From: an uncultured bacterium
GTDB taxonomy: Bacteria > Patescibacteriota > Patescibacteriia > SG8-24 > DYFX01
Assembly (NCBI GenBank): GCA_937900255.1
Contig: CALCDZ010000001.1
Span: 57,988-121,987 of the forward strand
DNA length: 64,000 nucleotides
Reading direction: 5' to 3'
In this document: in pieces, positions 57,377-64,000 of the stretch
How positions within the stretch are numbered: position 1 is the first letter of the stretch
Layout of the letters: each line of letters begins with the position of its first letter
Notes under the pieces: model-generated
What the model was told of the DNA's origin: nothing
Database searches by the model: none
Seen by the model: only the letters and a program-made list of their open reading frames with translations
Program-made: the position numbers and the translations under genes

Positions 57377-58708
57377 ATGACCATGCGTTACGATTTCCTC
57401 AACATGATGCGCGGGCGGGTCGGATCCGAAGGCGTCGCGCCCGAGGAACTGCAGGCGCTCTCCGGCCGGTTGGAAATCGCCCGCCGAGCGTTGAAAGAGG
57501 CGAAGGCGGCGGGCAAGCTCGGTTTCTTCGACGTGCCGAAACGCCAACCGAGCCGCGAAGCCATGCGCACGCTGCTCCGAAAGCTCGACAAAGAGATCGA
57601 CACGCTGGTCGTGATCGGCATCGGCGGCTCCTTGCTCGGGGCCCAGGCCATCCATCAGGCGCTTGAAGGCTTGGATGCGCCGCGTCGGGGTGCGCGGATC
57701 CTGCGCCTGGTCTTCGCCGGAGACGCGACCGACCCGCGCGCCATCGCCGACACCATCGGTTCGGTCGATTGGAAACGGTCGGCCATCAACGTCATCTCGA
57801 AAAGCGGCGACACCATCGAACCGATGGCCGTCTTCACGTTGCTGAGAGCCGAACTCGTCAGGGCCGTCGGAGCGCGGAAGGCCGCCGCAAGGATTATCGC
57901 CACGACCGACGGCAAGAAGGGGACGCTGCGATGCATCGTGGAGCGCGAAGGGTACGCCGCGCTGCCGATCCCGGAAAACGTCGGCGGGCGTTTTTCCGTC
58001 TTCACGGAGGTCGGAGCGTTCCCGCTTTTGGCGGCCGGCATCGACGTCGACCGCCTCTGGAAAGGGGCCGCGGAGGCGGACGCTTCGTTCTGGAGGACGG
58101 TCCCGCTTCGGAACGTCCCGATGCTTTATGCGGGGCTGCACTACCTGCTGATGCGGAAGGGAAAGCCGCTCTCCGTCCTCATGCCTTATGCCAAACGGCT
58201 GACGCTCGTCGGTCAATGGTATCGCCAGCTATGGGCGGAAAGCCTCGGCAAGAAGACCGATCGCAGGGGCCGGCCTGCGGACCTCGGACCCACTCCGATC
58301 GCCGCCGTCGGTCCCGCGGACCAGCATTCGCAAATGCAGCTCTATAATGAAGGGCCGAACGACAAGACGGTCAGTTTCCTGGAAGTCGACGGATTCGGAG
58401 TCGACTGGAGGCTGCCGGAGCCATGGCCCGACATCGAGGGGGTGGCGTATTTCGCAGGCCACACTTTGGAGGAGATCGTCCACATCGAACGGCAGGCATC
58501 GGCGGAAGCCTTGACCGGAAATCGTCGACCGAACGGCACGCTCTTCATCCCTGATCTGACGGGACGTTCGATCGGCGGCCTGCTCCAGGACCTGATGTGC
58601 GCGGCCTCCGTCGCCGGAGAACTCATGGACATCGACGCCTTCGATCAGCCGGGCGTCGAGGCCGGCAAGCAGGCGATGTACCGACTCATGGGACGGAGAA
58701 AAAACTAA
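57377..58708 (+). CDS. pgi: glucose-6-phosphate isomerase (short bacterial/archaeal-type PGI)
   Basis: VIGIGGSLLGAQAI..., SKSGDTIEP, and the GGRFSV-type motif. TATACT at 57362-57367 lies 9 nt before the ATG. Confidence 0.85.
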   Translation: MTMRYDFLNMMRGRVGSEGVAPEELQALSGRLEIARRALKEAKAAGKLGFFDVPKRQPSREAMRTLLRKLDKEIDTLVVIGIGGSLLGAQAIHQALEGLDAPRRGARILRLVFAGDATDPRAIADTIGSVDWKRSAINVISKSGDTIEPMAVFTLLRAELVRAVGARKAAARIIATTDGKKGTLRCIVEREGYAALPIPENVGGRFSVFTEVGAFPLLAAGIDVDRLWKGAAEADASFWRTVPLRNVPMLYAGLHYLLMRKGKPLSVLMPYAKRLTLVGQWYRQLWAESLGKKTDRRGRPADLGPTPIAAVGPADQHSQMQLYNEGPNDKTVSFLEVDGFGVDWRLPEPWPDIEGVAYFAGHTLEEIVHIERQASAEALTGNRRPNGTLFIPDLTGRSIGGLLQDLMCAASVAGELMDIDAFDQPGVEAGKQAMYRLMGRRKN

Positions 58709-58716
58709 CGGACACT

Positions 58717-58986
58717 ATGCCCATCATCCTTGCGCTGCTCGTGCTCTACTTCCCGCGCCTCCTGCTCGCGTACCTCGCCATCTTCACGCACTGGTTCGAT
58801 GCCGCCAGGCTGTCCCTGCTTTGGCTCCTGCTCGGGTTCTTCTTCGCGCCGTTCTCCCTGCTCTGGTACTCTGCCGTGCACGGCTGGTTCGGCGGCTCCT
58901 GGGGCTTGGTCGAGAAGGTCGTGATGGCCATCGCCGTGGTGGTGGATCTGAGCGGAGGTTTCGGCGCGATGCGCAAGCGCAAGTGA
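58717..58986 (+). CDS. small Trp-rich membrane protein
   Basis: 89 aa with two TM helices. Confidence 0.4.
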   Translation: MPIILALLVLYFPRLLLAYLAIFTHWFDAARLSLLWLLLGFFFAPFSLLWYSAVHGWFGGSWGLVEKVVMAIAVVVDLSGGFGAMRKRK

Positions 58987-58987
58987 C

Positions 58988-59608
58988 ATGAAGATCATCG
59001 ACATCACCGTCCCGTACCACGAAGGGATGGCGACGTTCCCCGGGACGGAACCGCCGGAATTCGTCCAGTCGAAGTCGCTCGAACGTGACGGAAAGAGCCT
59101 TTGGACGATGCGGATGACGACCGTGACCGGCACCCACATCGAAGCGCCGTGCCATACGGTCAAGGATGCGGCTTGCGTCGACCAGATCGATCTCCATAAG
59201 TGTTACGGGCCGTGCGAGGTGCGCGAGGTCGCGGCGAAAGACGGCTTCATCCAATTCACCGACGTCCGCGACGTGAGAGCCGAGCGCGTGCTCTTCAAGA
59301 CGACGAATTCGGAAATGATCCGCCAGGACCGCTTCTTCGATGACTACGTGGCGCTCTCGCTCGAAGCGGCCGAAACCCTGGTCGCCAACGGGGTGAAGCT
59401 GGTCGGCCTGGATTATTACGGCATCGAAAGGCGCGGTTCGCTTGATCATCCGGTGCATACGACGCTGCTCAAGGCAGGGGTCGTCATCCTCGTCGGCATC
59501 GACCTCAGTTTCGTCACGCCGGGCCGTTACACGCTGGTCGCCATGCCGCAACGCCTGCGCGGACTGGACGGTTCTCCCGTGCGTGCGGCGCTGATCCAAG
59601 AAGAATGA
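58988..59608 (+). CDS. cyclase-family protein (kynurenine formamidase-like fold)
   Basis: MKIIDITVPYHEGMATFPG...GTHIEAPCH, the putative-cyclase motif pattern. Confidence 0.75.
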   Translation: MKIIDITVPYHEGMATFPGTEPPEFVQSKSLERDGKSLWTMRMTTVTGTHIEAPCHTVKDAACVDQIDLHKCYGPCEVREVAAKDGFIQFTDVRDVRAERVLFKTTNSEMIRQDRFFDDYVALSLEAAETLVANGVKLVGLDYYGIERRGSLDHPVHTTLLKAGVVILVGIDLSFVTPGRYTLVAMPQRLRGLDGSPVRAALIQEE

Positions 59609-59817
59609 CGTCGGAACACGGCGACAAACCGACCCTGTTCTCCCTGATGACGCGCCTCACGGCGGAGGAGCGCCAGAGGCTTGCGGAACGCCGACGGGCG
59701 CTGCTGGCGTCGGGCGATCTCGAAGAGCGCTTGGTCAAGACGGGGGAGGGTATCTGGAGCCTGGAATATTGGAACCGGGATGGGAAGGCGCACGAGATGC
59801 GGATCGCCCATACATGA
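59605..59817 (+). CDS. small hypothetical protein
   Basis: 70 aa; start/stop overlaps with its neighbours. No family recognised. Confidence 0.35.
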   Translation: MTSEHGDKPTLFSLMTRLTAEERQRLAERRRALLASGDLEERLVKTGEGIWSLEYWNRDGKAHEMRIAHT

Positions 59818-59824
59818 TTTACGT

Positions 59825-60478
59825 ATGAAGTGGAAACCTGGCCCGTCCGGACTCGTCACGTACGCATCCATCGCGGCCTCGACGGCCGTGACGGCCTTCT
59901 TTTACCGGGCCTTGCCGGAACGGCTCGCGACGCACTGGAACGCTTCCGGCCAGGCCGACGGGACGTCCGGCAAGGCTTTAGGCGCCTTCCTGCTGCCGGC
60001 GATTTCTGCGGCGCTCTCCCTGCTTCTCTTCGTGCTGCCGTCCATCGATCCCATGCGAGAGGGCTTTTCCGTTTCCAGGAAAGCTTACGATCGGATGGTC
60101 ATGGCGCTGGCCGTCTTCTTTTTCCTGCTGCAGATGATGATCCTCTCCTGGAACCTCGGCGTCCGTTTCGACTTCAGCCGATTCCTCATGCCCGCGCTCG
60201 GTGCCCTCTTCTTCTCCATCGGCACGTTCTTGCCAGGCATCAGGCGCAACTGGTTCGCGGGGATCCGCACCCCGTGGACCTTGTCCTCTGAAGAGGTCTG
60301 GACGAAGACGCACGTTCAGGCCGGTGCCGTCTTCCGCCTGATCGGGGTCGCGGCATGCTTCGGCGCCCTTTTCCCGCGAAGCGCCTTGGCGCTGCTGGTC
60401 ATCCCGACCCTCGTGGGACTCGCCTGGCTGACCTTCTATTCGTATCTGGCCTATCGCCGCGCCTTGACCGCCCGATGA
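59825..60478 (+). CDS. SdpI/YhfL-family-like membrane protein
   Basis: Multi-TM with NWFAGIRTPWTLSSEEVWTKTH, the SdpI-family signature region. Confidence 0.6.
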   Translation: MKWKPGPSGLVTYASIAASTAVTAFFYRALPERLATHWNASGQADGTSGKALGAFLLPAISAALSLLLFVLPSIDPMREGFSVSRKAYDRMVMALAVFFFLLQMMILSWNLGVRFDFSRFLMPALGALFFSIGTFLPGIRRNWFAGIRTPWTLSSEEVWTKTHVQAGAVFRLIGVAACFGALFPRSALALLVIPTLVGLAWLTFYSYLAYRRALTAR

Positions 60479-60512
60479 GTAGTTAGGTATCCTAAGTACC
60501 TTGAGCCTACGC

Positions 60513-62252
60513 ATGAAGCATCGTCCTACGCCCCAGAAACCTGCCGGTCTCGGATCGCTGCTCAGGCCCTACCGGGCGTCCTTGTCGCTCCTGGCGTTCT
60601 TGGCGATCGCCGGCAACCTCATCGGCTTGGCCGTGCCGCAGCTCATCGCGCGCGGCATCGACAGCTATTCCGCCGGGACTTTCCGGCCCTGGGCGAGCGC
60701 GCTCGGTCTCCTATCCGTGGCGATCGGAGTGCTGGTCTTCAGCTATTTCCAGAACATGGTCCAGACGCGCGTCTCCGAGAAAGTCGGACGTGACCTGCGC
60801 ACGCGCCTCATCGCCAAGCTCTCGCGGCAAAGCGCGATTTTCGTGGAACGCGCGGATCCATCGAAATTGCTGACCAACCTGACCGCGGACGTCGACGCCA
60901 TCAAGACGTACGTCGCCCAAGCGATCGCCTCGCTGATCTCATCGGCCGTCGTCATCATGGGAGTCAGCGTGCTCTTGCTCCTGACCGACTGGAAGCTGGC
61001 GCTCGCGGTCCTCGCGGTGCTGCCGATCATCGCCGTGACGTTCTTCACGGTCCTGAAGCGCGTGCGCGAGCTATTCCTCAAGAGCCGCGAGGTCATCGAC
61101 CGCCTCAACAAGGTCATCAACGAGAGCATCCTGGGCGCCGCCCTCATCCGTATCCTGCACGCCCAGAAGCGCGAGCAGGCCAAATTCGCCGTCACTAATG
61201 CGGAAGCGCGCGAGCTGAGCCTGCGCATCCTCGGGCTGTTTTCGGCCATGATCCCGGTCATCGTCTTCGTCTCGAACTTCGCCGTCCTGATCATCCTGGT
61301 CCTGGGAGGGCACTTCGTGATCCAGGGCGACCTCAGCCTCGGACAGTTCACGGCCTTCAACAGCTACGTGATGATCCTGATCTTCCCGATCCTGATCATC
61401 GGTTTCGTGAGCAACCTGATCGCCCAGGCGACCGCTTCTTATGGCCGCATCATCGGCGTGCTGGAAGCGCCTGAAGACCCGCAGGGAGGGGAGCTGAAGG
61501 CCGCGCTGCGCGGCGACATCGAAGTCAGGGACGTGAGCCTGGCCCATGGGGAGAGGCCGGCCCTGAAAGGCGTCTCGTTTTCCGCTCGAGCCGGCACCAA
61601 GACCGCCATCATCGGCCCCACGGCGGCAGGGAAGACTTCGCTCATGTACCTGCTGACGGGCCTGGGGCGTCCGGATGCGGGCAGCATCGAATACGACGGC
61701 CGGCCCATCGACGCTTACGACAGCGAAGACCTGCATCGGCAGATCGGGTTCGTCTTCCAGGACAGCGTGCTCTTCAACATGACGCTCCGCCAGAACATCG
61801 CCTTCAGCGAAACGACGACGGACGCTTCGCTCGCCAAGGCCATCGAGGCGTCCGAGCTTCTTGATTTCATCGGTACGCTGCCGGAAGGCCTGGAAACGGT
61901 GGTCTCCGAACGCGGCACCAGCCTTTCCGGCGGGCAGAAGCAGCGCATCATGCTGGCGCGCGCCCTGGCGCTCGACCCGAAAGTGCTGCTTCTCGACGAC
62001 TTCACCGCTCGCGTCGACGGCCGGACGGAACGGAAGATCCTCTCCAACCTGGAACGCCTCTACCCGGACCTGACCCTCATTTCCGTCACCCAGAAGATCG
62101 CTTCGGTCGAACATTACGACCAGATCCTCCTGCTCATGGAAGGCGAGCTGCTGGCCAAGGGCTCGCACGAGCAGCTGATGGCGTCCTCCCCCGAATACGT
62201 CCAGATCCACGAATCGCAACGCAGTACCGAGCAATATGAACTACGCGCTTGA
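60513..62252 (+). CDS. ABC exporter, fused permease/ATPase (half-transporter with a degenerate Walker B)
   Basis: 6-TM domain plus NBD. Walker A GPTAAGKTS, signature LSGGQKQR, Walker B LLLDDF (D where the catalytic E is expected). TTG at 60501 or ATG at 60513. Confidence 0.85.
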   Translation: MKHRPTPQKPAGLGSLLRPYRASLSLLAFLAIAGNLIGLAVPQLIARGIDSYSAGTFRPWASALGLLSVAIGVLVFSYFQNMVQTRVSEKVGRDLRTRLIAKLSRQSAIFVERADPSKLLTNLTADVDAIKTYVAQAIASLISSAVVIMGVSVLLLLTDWKLALAVLAVLPIIAVTFFTVLKRVRELFLKSREVIDRLNKVINESILGAALIRILHAQKREQAKFAVTNAEARELSLRILGLFSAMIPVIVFVSNFAVLIILVLGGHFVIQGDLSLGQFTAFNSYVMILIFPILIIGFVSNLIAQATASYGRIIGVLEAPEDPQGGELKAALRGDIEVRDVSLAHGERPALKGVSFSARAGTKTAIIGPTAAGKTSLMYLLTGLGRPDAGSIEYDGRPIDAYDSEDLHRQIGFVFQDSVLFNMTLRQNIAFSETTTDASLAKAIEASELLDFIGTLPEGLETVVSERGTSLSGGQKQRIMLARALALDPKVLLLDDFTARVDGRTERKILSNLERLYPDLTLISVTQKIASVEHYDQILLLMEGELLAKGSHEQLMASSPEYVQIHESQRSTEQYELRA

Positions 62253-63987
62253 TGCCCGGCCCAAGGAGACGTCCGGAGCGCTGACGGCCGTGAAGCGGCT
62301 CTGGCTTCTGATGCGTGACGAGAAACGGACGCTCATCCTGGCGCTCGCTTCGGTCATCGCCAATGCCGCGCTCAACCTGACGGCGCCGGTCCTGGTCGGC
62401 CGCGCGGTGGACCGCTACGTCATGACGAAGCAGTATCACGGCGTGCTCATGTACTCCGCGATCCTCCTGGGCGTCTATCTGACGGCGCTCATCACCCAGT
62501 ATCTCCAGACGCGCCTCATGGGCGGCGTCGGCCAGCGCGTGCTCTACAAGCTGCGCGACGCCATCTTCGCCAAGTTGCAGGCCTTGCCGATCGGCTTCTT
62601 CAACCAGAACAAGTCCGGCGACCTCATCTCCCGCATCAATAACGACACCGACAAGCTCAACCAGTTCTTTTCGCAGGCTTTGGTGCAGTTCGTCGGCAGC
62701 CTGTTCATCATGATCGGCGCCGGCATCTTCCTCATCAGCCTGAACCCGATGCTCGGTGCGGCTGCCTTGGCGCCGGCCGCTCTCGTCGTGATCTTTACGC
62801 GCGCGGTCTCGCCGTGGGTCAAGCGTCGCAACGCCTTGAGCCTCAAGAGCACCGGGGGATTGAGCGCCGAAATCCAGGAAAGCCTTGAGAACTTCAAGGT
62901 CATCGTCGCCTTCAACCGCCGGGATTTCTTCCGCCGACGTTTCGAGACGGCCAATGACGACAACTTCCGGGCCGCCGTCGGCGCCGGTGTCGCCAATAGC
63001 CTCTTCGTGCCGGTCTACACCTTTTCCTCGCAGCTGGCGCAACTGCTGGTACTGAGCTTCGGCGTCTACCTGATCCTGGTCGGACGTTCCACGCTCGGAT
63101 TGCTGATCAGTTTCCTGGCCTACGTCAACAGCTTCTACAATCCGATGCGCCAGTTGGCGGCGCTGTGGGCCAACTTCCAGGTGGCGCTGGCCGGATGGGA
63201 CCGCATCGCCGCCATCCTGTCGCTTGAAACGGACCTTGTACGCATGCCGGAGGTTTCGGCCGCCAAGACGGGGCCGCTCCTGGAGTTCGATCACGTGCGC
63301 TTCAGCTACGCGGGCGGGAGAGACGTCCTCCACCAGGTGAGTTTTTCGCTGGAGCGCGGCAAGACGTATGCGTTCGTCGGGCCGACCGGCGGCGGCAAGA
63401 CGACCACCGCTTCGCTCATGGCGCGCCTGTACGATCCGGACGAGGGGGCGGTACGGCTGGACGGCAGGGACATACGCGGCTACGCGGAGTCCGAACGCGC
63501 CGCCAGGATCGGATTCATCCTGCAGGAGCCGTTCCTGTTCTCCGGCACGGTCTGGGAGAACCTGGCCTACGGAAACGGCCGCCAGGAGGGCTTGGACAAG
63601 GCAGGCGTCGAGGGTCTGATCGCCAGGCACGACCTTCGGGAGCTGCTGAAGCGTTTCGATAACGGGCTCGATACGTCCGTGTCCGGGAACCAGGGACTGA
63701 GCCTCGGCCAGCGCCAACTGATCGCGTTCATGCGAGCGGTCATCAGGGAGCCGGAGTTATTGATCCTCGACGAGGCGACCGCCAACGTCGACACCGTCAC
63801 CGAGAAGCTGCTCGACGGGATCCTGAAGAAACTGCCGGCGACCACGACCCGCGTGATCATCGCGCATCGCCTCAGCACGATCGAGAATGCCGACGAGATC
63901 TTCTTCGTCAACGGCGGATCCATCACCCGCGCGGGTTCTATGGAGCACGCCGTCGAACTGCTCATGCACGATAAACGTCAAAGCTGA
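62236..63987 (+). CDS. ABC exporter, fused permease/ATPase (half-transporter with consensus Walker B, degenerate signature)
   Basis: Walker A GPTGGGKTT, signature LSLGQRQ (degenerate), Walker B LILDEAT. Overlaps the upstream paralog by 17 nt. Confidence 0.85.
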   Translation: MNYALDARPKETSGALTAVKRLWLLMRDEKRTLILALASVIANAALNLTAPVLVGRAVDRYVMTKQYHGVLMYSAILLGVYLTALITQYLQTRLMGGVGQRVLYKLRDAIFAKLQALPIGFFNQNKSGDLISRINNDTDKLNQFFSQALVQFVGSLFIMIGAGIFLISLNPMLGAAALAPAALVVIFTRAVSPWVKRRNALSLKSTGGLSAEIQESLENFKVIVAFNRRDFFRRRFETANDDNFRAAVGAGVANSLFVPVYTFSSQLAQLLVLSFGVYLILVGRSTLGLLISFLAYVNSFYNPMRQLAALWANFQVALAGWDRIAAILSLETDLVRMPEVSAAKTGPLLEFDHVRFSYAGGRDVLHQVSFSLERGKTYAFVGPTGGGKTTTASLMARLYDPDEGAVRLDGRDIRGYAESERAARIGFILQEPFLFSGTVWENLAYGNGRQEGLDKAGVEGLIARHDLRELLKRFDNGLDTSVSGNQGLSLGQRQLIAFMRAVIREPELLILDEATANVDTVTEKLLDGILKKLPATTTRVIIAHRLSTIENADEIFFVNGGSITRAGSMEHAVELLMHDKRQS

Positions 63988-64000
63988 TGAAATTCATCCT

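Overview
The window is a 64-kb, high-GC (~64%) bacterial chromosomal segment that is densely coding, with many 4-nt ATGA/GTGA start-stop overlaps. All calls are from reading the sequence and ORF translations by eye; no searches were run.

Main content, in order:
- RecJ C-terminal fragment, RNase HI, and oligoendopeptidase F (minus strand).
- Two very large secreted Trp/Cys-rich repeat proteins (2732-8367) immediately upstream of a complete type IV pilus locus: pilM-pilN-pilO-(small PilP-like)-pilB-response regulator-pilC, a pilin-like ORF lacking the cleavage motif, three pilin genes (two are near-identical tandem paralogs), the prepilin peptidase pilD, and four minor pilins. No secretin gene is in the window.
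- ligA-gatC-gatA, lgt, a Cache/PAS sensor histidine kinase, tRNA-Ser(GGA) on the minus strand, dnaG-rpoD, and a secreted surface protein.
- tRNA-Asn(GTT) followed by an apparent integration hotspot. A 48-bp direct repeat of the tRNA 3' end recurs 1.76 kb downstream, bracketing a CHAP-like secreted amidase and a membrane protein. A low-GC orphan gene follows. A type I R-M operon (hsdMSR) is then flanked by ~105-bp imperfect direct repeats, and hsdS is conspicuously AT-rich.
- A Wzx flippase, GT4, GT2, GT2 and an O-antigen-ligase-like (Wzy_C) protein form a glycan/protein-glycosylation locus, with an A9 homopolymer at the ligase start.
- A minus-strand operon of fmt-def-hypothetical-Memo/LigB-like-secreted four-repeat protein.
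- htrA, an SLT-like protein and a G8/beta-helix protein, followed by pgi, a cyclase-family protein, an SdpI-like immunity protein, and a heterodimeric ABC exporter pair with one degenerate ATP site.

The candidates most worth follow-up are the adhesin-pilus supra-operon, the tRNA-Asn islet plus the repeat-flanked R-M cassette, the possibly phase-variable glycosylation locus, and a ~90-aa domain shared by three secreted proteins.
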